Shown in pieces: positions 47,861-57,076 of a stretch of DNA of 64,000 nucleotides (the stretch's first letter is position 1; every line of letters begins with the position of its first letter). The position numbers and the translations under genes were made by a program. Origin of the DNA: a phage; sequence record PZ386955.1. One strand, written 5' to 3'. The notes under the pieces are model-generated. The model was not told where the DNA came from. It saw only the letters and a program-made list of their open reading frames with translations, and searched no databases.

Positions 47861-48424
47861 TTAAATAATTTTATTCATGTCTTGACAATGTAAAAGGTGT
47901 GAAACAGCTTTTCTAGGATCATCATTACCTAAACGGTATGTGTGAAATAAATATAACCCACGTAGTAAACCTAGCCTTTTATTGTTAGCGTGCAATGCTT
48001 TAGAGAAAATTATATCAAACTGTATTGATCTTTCCTCAAAAGGAATTTCATTCCACAGACTCTTACGAAAGAGAAGAAAGAATCCTGCTAAGATAGCATC
48101 TGTAGGTACTTCCTCTATTGAGTTTCCCCATTCTAGATGTGCTCTTTTTGCAATCTCAATGTGGTGTAATATATTCGGATCTTCACTTCTTTCATTATTA
48201 AATAATTGATATGTTGATCCCAATCTGTTACAAGATGCACCAAGAACATCAAAATCAGGATTTGAACGGACAATTGATTCCAGCCAAGCAGGTTGTTCTG
48301 GAAGAAGAAACATTGTATCAATGTCTCTTAGGCAAATCCAACTATCTTCTGGTAAGACACTTATTGTGTCATTGATACCTTTTCCAATATCTCCAGAAAG
48401 ATAGGGAGTTATGTGAAATATCAT
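47861..48424 (-). CDS. Hypothetical protein, possible GT-A-like glycosyltransferase
   Basis: ICLRDIDTMF acidic motif; adjacent to the glycosyltransferase genes. Confidence 0.3.
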   Translation of the reverse strand: MIFHITPYLSGDIGKGINDTISVLPEDSWICLRDIDTMFLLPEQPAWLESIVRSNPDFDVLGASCNRLGSTYQLFNNERSEDPNILHHIEIAKRAHLEWGNSIEEVPTDAILAGFFLLFRKSLWNEIPFEERSIQFDIIFSKALHANNKRLGLLRGLYLFHTYRLGNDDPRKAVSHLLHCQDMNKII

Positions 48425-48481
48425 ACTCCCTCCGTATTATTACTTTAGCATTTTTAGACTAAAAAGTCCAAATGGTTTTAC

Positions 48482-48676
48482 CTATTGATTACGTTTTGCG
48501 AGTTCCATTTGGATAGCTAAACTGTGATCTCGTGCTTCCATATACTCTTTATATGTTTCATTAAGATGATCACGACAAACATCACGCAGTTTAATCAGTT
48601 TATCTGTAGGGATACCACTAAGATCATCCCAAGATTTTACAACTTCACCAGTATCATTGATCCCAATGGTTTTCAT
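48482..48676 (-). CDS. Hypothetical protein
   Basis: 64-aa ORF. Confidence 0.3.
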   Translation of the reverse strand: MKTIGINDTGEVVKSWDDLSGIPTDKLIKLRDVCRDHLNETYKEYMEARDHSLAIQMELAKRNQ

Positions 48677-48884
48677 CTACAACCTCCTTAATTGCTACAG
48701 CACAGTTTTTGCAGATACACTGCCCTTTACCTTTAGAAATCTGGATGTAAGGTTCATTTTCATTTTCGCCCTTACGTGAGTCATATATTACAGAATTGAA
48801 GCACACAACGCAAATATTTTTTAAGATTGTATACTTATCAACTTTCTTTTTTGTTTTAAAGTTAACTTCAATAACATCAGCCAT
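48654..48884 (-). CDS. Small zinc-ribbon protein
   Basis: CVVCF ... CICKNC pairs of cysteines; start at internal ATG 48884 overlapping upstream stop (ATGA). Confidence 0.4.
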   Translation of the reverse strand: MADVIEVNFKTKKKVDKYTILKNICVVCFNSVIYDSRKGENENEPYIQISKGKGQCICKNCAVAIKEVVDENHWDQ

Positions 48885-49162
48885 CAGTGTAACACTCCCA
48901 GTATGTTGCTTTGTGACATAACCATAGAACATTCAACATTATCGTGACTACGTGAAAAACGTTCCCAAACATCTTCATCGACTCGTAAAGCTATACAAGG
49001 ATAGACGTTATCATTGATCATTTCAATTGAATAAACATCCACATTGTCTTCGTCTTCGATGAACATCATTGCAAACTGTTCTAAATGTTTCCTAATGTAA
49101 TGTACATCCTCTTCTGTAAGACCAATAACAAGATAACTTGCAACGATAATGCCATCTTTCAT
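48884..49162 (-). CDS. Hypothetical protein
   Basis: 92-aa acidic ORF. Confidence 0.35.
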   Translation of the reverse strand: MKDGIIVASYLVIGLTEEDVHYIRKHLEQFAMMFIEDEDNVDVYSIEMINDNVYPCIALRVDEDVWERFSRSHDNVECSMVMSQSNILGVLH

Positions 49163-49172
49163 CTATATCTCC

Positions 49173-49682
49173 TTAGCGATAGAATTGATGTTCTTTGTAG
49201 CGGTACACTAGAACCATATCTTTTTCCCAGTGTGCTCTTATTGTAGATTTTTTAAAGTATAATGCTCCTTTTGTAATATCTAATGCAATTCGTAATTCTG
49301 GAAAATGCGTATCGAGATAAAGTAGACGTTCTGCTATAGCCTTAGCTTCCTTCCACTTATCACGTTCCATAACGTTGAATGTCTTTGTGTAAGAGAATTG
49401 TCCTTTTTGAAACAAAACTTCTTTTATAGTATCAGGGAAATATGAATCTCTAGCCCTATTCAATACTACATTACCAACAGCAGACATACCGCGCTTTCCT
49501 TGATTACGACTTTCTGCATAGATTGCACAAGCTAATAGATTTTCTTTACTATCACGCTTTGTACACTTGTGAACTACTTTAGCAGTTTTTACGTTTGCAG
49601 CTTCGGCTTGCGCCACAACAGGTGTAAATGTAAAAGCAGTTAAGGATAGTAACGCAATTGCGACAAAGGTTTTTATTGACAA
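49173..49682 (-). CDS. Secreted cell-wall hydrolase (SleB/CwlJ-type), candidate endolysin
   Basis: N-terminal signal peptide MSIKTFVAIALLSLTAFTFTPVVAQA; hydrolase block LLACAIYAESRNQGKRGMSAVGNVVLNRA. Confidence 0.6.
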   Translation of the reverse strand: MSIKTFVAIALLSLTAFTFTPVVAQAEAANVKTAKVVHKCTKRDSKENLLACAIYAESRNQGKRGMSAVGNVVLNRARDSYFPDTIKEVLFQKGQFSYTKTFNVMERDKWKEAKAIAERLLYLDTHFPELRIALDITKGALYFKKSTIRAHWEKDMVLVYRYKEHQFYR

Positions 49683-49774
49683 ACTTGCCTCCTATTTTGT
49701 TAAACGAACTTTTATTGTAACACAGAAGAGGCTGTTTTGCAAGTGGAGGGGGATTATCCCCCTCTTACACTCTG

Positions 49775-50377
49775 TTAGATATTGTAAACCTTCGTATGAG
49801 TTACTACACCATCTTCTACAAAATCAATACGTTCTTGATCCGTAACTAGTGCAGACAACACTTTAAATTTAATTTTTACACGTTCAAAAGCTGGTTGACC
49901 ATCTTTAAGATAATTATGTTCGGTTGTCACTGTCTTGTTTACAAAATCAACTTTCGCTTTACCGTTTTCGCGTAGGTGGAATGTTTTTCCTGCTTTGTAC
50001 ACAATTTCAACATTACCTTCGAGAATAATTCCTTCAAAAAGTTCACCCTCTTCTTCATTTTCTTCACTTTTGAACAGACGACGAAACTCTTCCATATCAA
50101 GATAAACAACATCTTCAGAATAACTATCAGTAAGGTATGTCTTACCATCCATTAACCCGAAATATTGCCAGATCGCAGAATAAACATCACTAGTTGATCC
50201 AAGGGTTTCTCTGAGTTTAGTTCCACGGATTACTTCATAAACTTCAAAATTGAAACCAGACTGCAAAGCATCAAACAGTACATCACTAACTTCTACAGCA
50301 TAATCTTGATTGTTGTCAACATCCACAAGAAAATTGCCGCTACGAATAAGTTTTTGACCTTCTAAAGTAATACCCAT
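49775..50377 (-). CDS. Hypothetical protein
   Basis: 200-aa acidic ORF downstream of TerD; no recognisable motif. Confidence 0.4.
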   Translation of the reverse strand: MGITLEGQKLIRSGNFLVDVDNNQDYAVEVSDVLFDALQSGFNFEVYEVIRGTKLRETLGSTSDVYSAIWQYFGLMDGKTYLTDSYSEDVVYLDMEEFRRLFKSEENEEEGELFEGIILEGNVEIVYKAGKTFHLRENGKAKVDFVNKTVTTEHNYLKDGQPAFERVKIKFKVLSALVTDQERIDFVEDGVVTHTKVYNI

Positions 50378-50404
50378 TGTTTTCTCCTCTTTTATTTAAA
50401 ATAT

Positions 50405-50420
50405 GCGCCCCGAAGGGCGC
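50405..50420 (-). terminator. Rho-independent terminator after the TerD gene
   Basis: GCGCCC-CGAA-GGGCGC hairpin; on the minus strand followed by ATATTTTAAATAAAAG. Confidence 0.55.
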
Positions 50421-50429
50421 TATGATTTA

Positions 50430-51026
50430 TTACTCGAACCAATCGTCGCCAGCGCCAAACGCTTTAACTACATCGTAAATGTCAAGCCCAGCTTTACCCA
50501 CACCATACGCTTTCAGTTTCCATTCGCTATCTTCTCGCACCAGGGAGGCAACGTGGCAAATGGTGTTACCTGCAAGTTCTGGAGCCAAGAAGTCAAAGTC
50601 CAGCAGTTCAACATTACGTTCATCATCGAAGATTTTAAGGAAACCTTCGGTAGCGTGACCAAGGCGTTTCTTACCCGTTTCGTCATCAATAGTAATTACG
50701 AATGCAATTTCCTGTGCTTCAGCAGAGATATTATCCAGTGTAACATCAATCTGCTCCATCTGTCCTACACCATCACGAACATCTTCACCTGCAAAAGTAG
50801 AACGTTCAGGATCAAATTTCTGCGCGTAGCACACCAGGTGACGAGGAGACAACAGTTCCGGCAGACCAGATGCATTGTGTCGGCAAATCAGAGCACTAAC
50901 ATCCAGATCCAGTTTTTCGTTAGATTTCCAAGAGAATTCCAGACGAATGCGTTTCAGTGCTGGTGCAATCTTTTTCAGAGAAACTTTTTCGCTAGAACCT
51001 TTTTTCAGGGAAATTTTCTGAGTCAT
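50430..51026 (-). CDS. TerD-family protein (tellurium-resistance TerD/TerE/TerZ domain)
   Basis: N-terminal ISLKKGSSEKVSLKK, DLDVSAL, IAFVITIDD, C-terminal EWKLKAYGVGKAG align block-by-block with R478 TerD. Confidence 0.75.
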   Translation of the reverse strand: MTQKISLKKGSSEKVSLKKIAPALKRIRLEFSWKSNEKLDLDVSALICRHNASGLPELLSPRHLVCYAQKFDPERSTFAGEDVRDGVGQMEQIDVTLDNISAEAQEIAFVITIDDETGKKRLGHATEGFLKIFDDERNVELLDFDFLAPELAGNTICHVASLVREDSEWKLKAYGVGKAGLDIYDVVKAFGAGDDWFE

Positions 51027-51098
51027 AATTTATTATCTCCTTTGTTGTTAATTTACGTTGTCTATTTTACTAATCTTTTCTACAAAGTCAAGCGTTTT

Positions 51099-51893
51099 TT
51101 ACGCTTTTGCTCCAAATTTTTTAACCCACTCACCAAACTCTTCGGATAGCAGTTTATCGTAAAGTTCTTCGTCAGACAAGGACAAATCTGCAATACCGAT
51201 AAAATCAACATTATCGTATTCTTTTGCCAAGTCTTTCAGGAATTTAAAGTTTGCATTACCTACACCAACCATAAACCAGTAAACAGGCGTATTGCGGTGT
51301 TTGTTCAGTAAGCTACGTACTGCTGAAGTATCCATGTTCTCCCCGTCAGTTTGGAAGAAAATCATTGCAGGAGTACGATCAACTTGTGCATCAGTATCTA
51401 CAACCTGTTCTACAACAGTACGTGTTACTTCTACAAGTTCTTTTTTACCAGTTAGTTTAGCAAGGAAACCTTTAGCCGGAACTTCTTCATACTCAACGAC
51501 TTCGCGTGTAATATTTTTCATAGGTACACTACCGAAGTATGTATCATAGATCTCTTGCATTACTGGAGCATAAGCAGTACCACCGTTGATGCAAACATTA
51601 GACATGCAAGAGCCGACATAATCATCATACACATCAGCCGTTGCAGGAGGCAGTTCAAAAGAAGAACTATTGAAAGCCCACATGTCAATCTGTGCATTAT
51701 CATCAAACTTCATACCAAACGGCAGCAGTTTACCTACAAAATCGCTAACAGTGCCATCACGATACAGCTCACACATACTACCCGAAATATCTAAGGCGCT
51801 ACCTACACGAAGAACAACATCGTTAATCTTTTTCTTACGCAGGGATACAGTAAGAGTTTCTTGACGTTTTTTAAGACTGATTTTATTGGACAT
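51099..51893 (-). CDS. von Willebrand factor A domain protein (TerY-like)
   Basis: MIDAS-type motif DISGSM and downstream FFQTDGENMD (TDG motif); N-terminus ISLKKRQETLTVSLRKK resembles the TerD N-terminal strand. Confidence 0.65.
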   Translation of the reverse strand: MSNKISLKKRQETLTVSLRKKKINDVVLRVGSALDISGSMCELYRDGTVSDFVGKLLPFGMKFDDNAQIDMWAFNSSSFELPPATADVYDDYVGSCMSNVCINGGTAYAPVMQEIYDTYFGSVPMKNITREVVEYEEVPAKGFLAKLTGKKELVEVTRTVVEQVVDTDAQVDRTPAMIFFQTDGENMDTSAVRSLLNKHRNTPVYWFMVGVGNANFKFLKDLAKEYDNVDFIGIADLSLSDEELYDKLLSEEFGEWVKKFGAKA

Positions 51894-51894
51894 A

Positions 51895-52164
51895 TTATTT
51901 CTCCTTTCTGACTGTAATGTTAGTAACTTCTAAATCCACTTCTACCACTTCTGTATCATATAAAATACAGTTAAGTTGACCTCTTTGTGAACCGTTAAGA
52001 CACATTGCTTGGTTTGTATTAACCTTAATAAACACTAAGTTTCTGAACGTATCTAAACCAGCATCTTGATAGGCAACATAATATACGAATGTATCACCTG
52101 TGTCAAGTTCTCCAAAACATTTAGGTTCATCTGATTTGTCGTCTTTGATATTAAATTTAAGCAC
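51895..52164 (-). CDS. Hypothetical protein
   Basis: 89-aa ORF coupled to the vWA gene. Confidence 0.35.
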   Translation of the reverse strand: MLKFNIKDDKSDEPKCFGELDTGDTFVYYVAYQDAGLDTFRNLVFIKVNTNQAMCLNGSQRGQLNCILYDTEVVEVDLEVTNITVRKEK

Positions 52165-52720
52165 TGTCTTCTCCTTTACCTGCTCTCAAGCCTAAATAGA
52201 AAGCCTCTCTAGTGATTTTTTGCAACTCGTTTAAAGAGATAGTTACAACTAAATCATCTTCAATTTCTAGCTTTGAGTCTTCTTCTGTCTCAATGCAAGT
52301 ATTATGCACTTTGTGGTAAGGATTGTCAACACGTTTAAATTTATTATTTTCAGTGCTGAAGAAGCAATCTGGATCTTCTTCTCCATCACCCCAACCCTGG
52401 TTAGGGTCTTCTTCAGATCTTTCTGTTGGGATCTCACCTGTAAAGTGTTCTTCTAATACCAGAGCAATCCCATCTCCAAGATCGGAAGAGAACATCAAAT
52501 TACAAACTTCTTCCCAAGGCATAGACCACTTGAATCTTTTACGATTGCCATGTTTATCTTCTTCGTTAGAGAAAACACTACCATAGCTATCATAATTCCC
52601 ATACATCTCTTCGACAACCTTACCACCTTTCAAAAGAAATAGGTAGCAAGGAGAGCCATCGAAAGAGGTAGAAAGAGCAGCATTACCAGACTCTTTGCAC
52701 AAGAAACTAAAACACCCCAT
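52157..52720 (-). CDS. Hypothetical acidic protein
   Basis: 187-aa ORF, Asp/Glu-rich, Cys-containing. Confidence 0.4.
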   Translation of the reverse strand: MGCFSFLCKESGNAALSTSFDGSPCYLFLLKGGKVVEEMYGNYDSYGSVFSNEEDKHGNRKRFKWSMPWEEVCNLMFSSDLGDGIALVLEEHFTGEIPTERSEEDPNQGWGDGEEDPDCFFSTENNKFKRVDNPYHKVHNTCIETEEDSKLEIEDDLVVTISLNELQKITREAFYLGLRAGKGEDSA

Positions 52721-52920
52721 TATACACCAGCCTTAAGATCAATTAAAGCCAAAGTTGTTTCAGAGTGTGTTTGCTCGTCTACAGGTGCAGTCATATGATA
52801 ATACAAAAAATCTTCGGCATCATACCAATCTGATTCTTGACCTTGTTTCCAACCATCAATGAAAGCATCTTCCATAATGGTTTGCAATTCTTCACGAGTT
52901 AAGTGAATATCTTTACTCAT
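52720..52920 (-). CDS. Hypothetical protein
   Basis: 66-aa acidic ORF, coupled. Confidence 0.3.
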   Translation of the reverse strand: MSKDIHLTREELQTIMEDAFIDGWKQGQESDWYDAEDFLYYHMTAPVDEQTHSETTLALIDLKAGV

Positions 52921-53126
52921 TACACATTCTCCTCTTTTACCAATTCCATCGTTGAACTATCAAAACCATCTTTAGAAGAATAGGTATAGACAGAACGTAG
53001 TTCTCGCAGGACAGTGAATACATTGGGATCATCTAACCAAGCATCCTGGAGGAGAACATAACGATCTTCATTGTCGTACTGGACAGCAATCATAGAACCA
53101 GACAGTTTGTAAATTTTAATATTCAT
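52920..53126 (-). CDS. Hypothetical protein
   Basis: Start moved to internal ATG 53126 preceded by AAGGAGAA (track start 53153 overlaps upstream gene). Confidence 0.3.
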   Translation of the reverse strand: MNIKIYKLSGSMIAVQYDNEDRYVLLQDAWLDDPNVFTVLRELRSVYTYSSKDGFDSSTMELVKEENV

Positions 53127-53139
53127 AATATATTTCTCC

Positions 53140-54243
53140 TTAAAGTAGACCACGTTTAACAGTTTGAATCATACCATCTTCAAGAGATTGCACTTCTTGA
53201 ATGTAATCAATACGCGCAGCACGGGCTTCAGTGTTGATTCGGTTAGTTTCTTCCAACATTTTAACTAAGTTTTCTTGATCGCGACGTAATGTTTCAATAT
53301 CCAATACTTGACGATTAGCAAGTTGTGTAGCTTCAATTTGGTTTTGTGCAGCCAGATCACTACCCATTGCAATAGCAGCATTAAATTCATTCAGCACATT
53401 GTTCTGTGTATCGGCTGCTTTCTTCTGGCGTAGACTTTCAATATACATAGAAAAGTTTGCAGAGTAAGCAGGGATAACATTATTCACAATATTACGGGCT
53501 GATCGCATCAAACTTGCAGATACTTTCTGCATACTTTGTACCCGTGGCCCCATCTGAACACACAGTAAACGCAAGGCTTTCAGGTCTGCAATACGAATTT
53601 CAAGCAGATCCATAGTATCACGAGTACGTTGACGCTCTTCTACTTCATTTTCAGGTAGTGTATTAAGGCGAACTTCTTCTTTTTCATAAGTAGCTGTTAG
53701 AAGCTCTATATCCCTGTTTAAGCTAAGAGCATATTTTGCAATAGCCTCTTCTAAACGTTGCAGATATCGTAAAGAATCTTCTTCTTTTTTCAAGTCTGTT
53801 TGTAGTGTCTTTACCAAACCTTCAATACGGTTATTGATGGTGTCAAATTCTCCAAACAAATCTTCTTTCATACCTAATACTTTCTTAACTAGTTTACCTA
53901 AGCCTTTAGATTGTTTAATAGAGTTAGGATCAAGTTGCTTTGCTTGCTTAATAAGTGCAGTTAAACGTTCACTCATTTCATCCCCCTGAGATGAACGCTG
54001 GTGTTTAAGCACTTCAGCATTAAGGTTACGAAGAGTAAGTCCTGCATCAGCACCAACTTGTTCAATCTCTTCACGAGACATTGGAGGCAGCATTTGTACA
54101 GGTCGTGCAACAGCAGGGGCATATACAGGGCTTGCATCCATAGCACTTGGAGCAAACAAAGACTTACTTTTTTCTGTTGTTGCCGTGAATACACTCATTT
54201 CAGACGGTTTGCTTTTTACGGCACTGATAAAAGGACTGGACAT
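53140..54243 (-). CDS. TelA/KlaA-like toxic-anion-resistance family protein (tentative)
   Basis: 367-aa, predicted largely helical/coiled-coil, size and composition fit TelA; located among TerD, vWA and TerC genes; not verified by HMM. Confidence 0.4.
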   Translation of the reverse strand: MSSPFISAVKSKPSEMSVFTATTEKSKSLFAPSAMDASPVYAPAVARPVQMLPPMSREEIEQVGADAGLTLRNLNAEVLKHQRSSQGDEMSERLTALIKQAKQLDPNSIKQSKGLGKLVKKVLGMKEDLFGEFDTINNRIEGLVKTLQTDLKKEEDSLRYLQRLEEAIAKYALSLNRDIELLTATYEKEEVRLNTLPENEVEERQRTRDTMDLLEIRIADLKALRLLCVQMGPRVQSMQKVSASLMRSARNIVNNVIPAYSANFSMYIESLRQKKAADTQNNVLNEFNAAIAMGSDLAAQNQIEATQLANRQVLDIETLRRDQENLVKMLEETNRINTEARAARIDYIQEVQSLEDGMIQTVKRGLL

Positions 54244-54311
54244 TCAATTTCCTCCATATTCTTTAGTAGATGGTGATACCTCTGTACCACCATCATAACA
54301 CAAATTAAGTA

Positions 54312-55163
54312 TTAAACAAACATATCTAAATAATTTGTAGTAATAAATGCTCCATCTGCTTCCAGATTAACATAACCAGTAGCATTAGTGGTTAAGAAAT
54401 CCAGATCGAAGGACTCTTTAACACCCCGTACCTCAACACGAGAGATATCGAATACAGGTAGTGTAACAGCCTCTTCGTGCAATACCGTACCTTTGTAGGT
54501 TGCCTTAATGATAAACTTGATATTACCCGTTCCAGCATCATACAAAACACTTTCAAACCCTTTGAGAGTATACTTATCACCAGAAGTGAAGTGCAAAGTT
54601 GCTTTGTTTACAGTACGTTTCTTACGAGGAGTTCCTTTCACACGTTTATGATCACTACGTTTTTTGTATTTAGGAATGAATACAAACGATACATTGTGAA
54701 GAAAGGTATCAACATCAAGGATTTTAATATCCTCTGTTGCAGCAAATTTTGAAGTTGTTGCATCAAAATGCTTTTCCCTGCGATCATACATAAAGATATC
54801 AAACCGATCTTCTAAATCAAACAAATTATGTATTTTAATTTCAGAATGCTTGCGCATTGCAGCAACCTTGAACTCTTCAAAACGTGGGTGTTCTACAAGT
54901 TCTTCAAGTTTTACACCAAAGACAGTATATTGCTTCGGAGTTTTTTCTGGTGTTGGCATTACAGAAGCATAATCCCCGATTGCGCTCTTAAAGCAAAATT
55001 GTTCTTGACCTGTATTTTTACCAACGAATTTACAGTATTCGTCATCGTGCATACTTTCCTGGGTAGTACCAACAAACTCAAAACCATCTTTATTCTTCTC
55101 AAGAATTTCTTGATTAAAGATCCAACCTTCCAGGCGATACACTTTACCAACTTCTAGTTTCAT
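54312..55163 (-). CDS. Hypothetical protein
   Basis: 283-aa ORF, Lys-rich central region. Confidence 0.4.
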   Translation of the reverse strand: MKLEVGKVYRLEGWIFNQEILEKNKDGFEFVGTTQESMHDDEYCKFVGKNTGQEQFCFKSAIGDYASVMPTPEKTPKQYTVFGVKLEELVEHPRFEEFKVAAMRKHSEIKIHNLFDLEDRFDIFMYDRREKHFDATTSKFAATEDIKILDVDTFLHNVSFVFIPKYKKRSDHKRVKGTPRKKRTVNKATLHFTSGDKYTLKGFESVLYDAGTGNIKFIIKATYKGTVLHEEAVTLPVFDISRVEVRGVKESFDLDFLTTNATGYVNLEADGAFITTNYLDMFV

Positions 55164-55198
55164 CTGTTTCTCCTTCTTATTTAATCTGTATTAAATTA

Positions 55199-55789
55199 TT
55201 AACGACGACGTGAGCTACTAAAACTACGTTTCGACGAAGAATAACTTTTCGAAGACTTACTATAAGAGCTAATAGGGCTTGAGTAAGACTTACGAGCAGA
55301 GTAATTACTATTCACTTTTGTTGTTGATGGGCGTGAATACGTTTGTACACTTTGCTGCTTAATTGTGTTTTGTTTAGTGGTTGTATATGTATTCCCTTGT
55401 TTATCATAAAAACTATGCTTTTGTGTTGTATATGCTTTACTGTTAGTTATAGGAGCAGCGTTGTTATTAATAATTGTTGTGCTGCTACCACCATCCCTAT
55501 AACCACCACCGCCACTATTACCACTCAACATATGACCAAGAAGCATACCTGTAGCGAACTCACCTACGCCAGAAGAACCACTGCCGCCTCCTTGAACAAC
55601 AACTGTTGAAGGTTGTGCAGGTGCTGCTTGAACAACTTGAGGTGCAGGTTGATTTACATATTGCTCATCTACCATCTGATTTGGTGTTTGTTGGTAACGT
55701 TGATTTTGTACATTTTCAGAATCATCACAACCTACCAGCAATACACTACCTAAAACAACTGCAACAATAAAAGATTTAATGTTTTTCAT
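55199..55789 (-). CDS. Lipoprotein with glycine-zipper and Ser/Tyr/Lys-rich tail
   Basis: Signal peptide plus lipobox MKNIKSFIVAVVLGSVLLVGC; GGGSGSSGVGEFATGMLLGHMLSG; C-terminal SYSKSSKSYSSSKRSFSSSRRR. Confidence 0.55.
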   Translation of the reverse strand: MKNIKSFIVAVVLGSVLLVGCDDSENVQNQRYQQTPNQMVDEQYVNQPAPQVVQAAPAQPSTVVVQGGGSGSSGVGEFATGMLLGHMLSGNSGGGGYRDGGSSTTIINNNAAPITNSKAYTTQKHSFYDKQGNTYTTTKQNTIKQQSVQTYSRPSTTKVNSNYSARKSYSSPISSYSKSSKSYSSSKRSFSSSRRR

Positions 55790-55982
55790 TTGTAACCCTC
55801 TCATTTAAAGTCTCAACACAATTTTTAAAATCCCTAGAGAAACAATACATCTGTTCTCCGTTCCTGTTGATAGTAATTGTATGGTTATCAATATATGTTG
55901 TCAAGATAAAAATCAAACAAAACAACCCTAGAGCAAAACAAATATTTTCAAACAGAATCCAAAGAACACGTAAAACCACCAT
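55776..55982 (-). CDS. Small membrane protein
   Basis: 68 aa with hydrophobic helix; stop overlaps the lipoprotein start by 14 nt. Confidence 0.35.
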   Translation of the reverse strand: MVVLRVLWILFENICFALGLFCLIFILTTYIDNHTITINRNGEQMYCFSRDFKNCVETLNERVTNEKH

Positions 55983-56021
55983 CAGATCACCTCAACAAAG
56001 CCCCCGAAGGGGCTTAATGAA

Positions 56022-56999
56022 TTAAGCAACAGTCTGGTCTTCTTTTTCAGGGAAGATTAAACTTGCAATAACACCCAACCCAAGAGTACCTAACACGATA
56101 TACATACTGATCGTCGGGTCAATGTGTGCTGGCAGGAAACTCATTTTTGCGTGCAGAGTTTCTGCAAACGGATGATACATCAGTTTTACACCCACAAACA
56201 CCAAGACTACGATAACTGCTTTCTCCAGATGAACCAAATACTTCAGTGCAACACTAAGAACAAAGAACAGAGCACGTAAACCTAAGATTGCACAGAGCAT
56301 CGAAGAGAACACCAGCAGAGGTTCTTGTGTCACTGCAATTACTGCTGGAACAGAGTCTACTGCAAAGATTACGTCAACCATTTCCATTACAAACACACAA
56401 ACCAGAGCCGGAGTTGCTACACGAACACCATTTTTGATTGTGAAGAACTTCTCACCATCCATCTGATCAGATACAGGGAACAGCTTACGAACAATGCGAG
56501 TAGCCCAGTGTTTAGAGTAATCAACTTCTGCATCATTATCTCCAGCGAATACCATTTTAGCCGCACAGAAAAGGATGACAGCACCGAAGAAGATATTAAC
56601 ATACCAGCCCAAACTCAACAAGTAAGTGCCTACTGCTACAAACACACCTCGGAAGACAATCGCACCTGCAATACCCCAAAGTAGAATCTTGTGTTGTAAG
56701 TGTGTGCTTTTAATACCAAAACTTGCGAATACTGCCACAAATACTACTAAGTTATCTACAGAAAGAGATTTCTCCAACACATACCCACTCAAGAACAAGC
56801 TCGCAAAATCAGCACCGTGTTGGAAGTATACAAAACCATAGTAGGCTAATGATACTCCAATCCAGAAAATTGACCAGCCAATTGCAGATTTAAATGAAAT
56901 TTCTTTGTTTTCTCTGTGTCCAAAGAAGTCAATACAAATCGACAAGACTAAAATACCCACTAAAACAACCACATCAATAATTGGGAAACCCAGTTGCAT
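56022..56999 (-). CDS. TerC-family integral membrane protein
   Basis: Multi-pass membrane protein with duplicated TerC signature: EKSLSVDNLVVFVAVFASFG and FAVDSVPAVIAVTQEPLLVFSSMLCAILGLRALFF. Confidence 0.75.
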   Translation of the reverse strand: MQLGFPIIDVVVLVGILVLSICIDFFGHRENKEISFKSAIGWSIFWIGVSLAYYGFVYFQHGADFASLFLSGYVLEKSLSVDNLVVFVAVFASFGIKSTHLQHKILLWGIAGAIVFRGVFVAVGTYLLSLGWYVNIFFGAVILFCAAKMVFAGDNDAEVDYSKHWATRIVRKLFPVSDQMDGEKFFTIKNGVRVATPALVCVFVMEMVDVIFAVDSVPAVIAVTQEPLLVFSSMLCAILGLRALFFVLSVALKYLVHLEKAVIVVLVFVGVKLMYHPFAETLHAKMSFLPAHIDPTISMYIVLGTLGLGVIASLIFPEKEDQTVA

Positions 57000-57076
57000 T
57001 CTTTTCTCCTCTTTAATGCGGAGGACAATCCTCCGCTCTATGTCTTATACTATAAACTGTTTTTAAAGAAAGTCAA

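Noticed and set aside
50403-51149. 248-aa plus-strand ORF antisense to the TerD and vWA genes
   Set aside because: The minus-strand frames carry clear TerD and vWA motifs and terminators consistent with minus-strand transcription; the plus-strand translation is low-complexity and Phe/Arg-rich.
54477-55157. Plus-strand ORFs 54477..54752 and 54828..55157 antisense to gene 54312..55163
   Set aside because: They sit inside a minus-strand operon with coupled genes; no RBS; hydrophobic low-complexity translations typical of AT-rich antisense frames.
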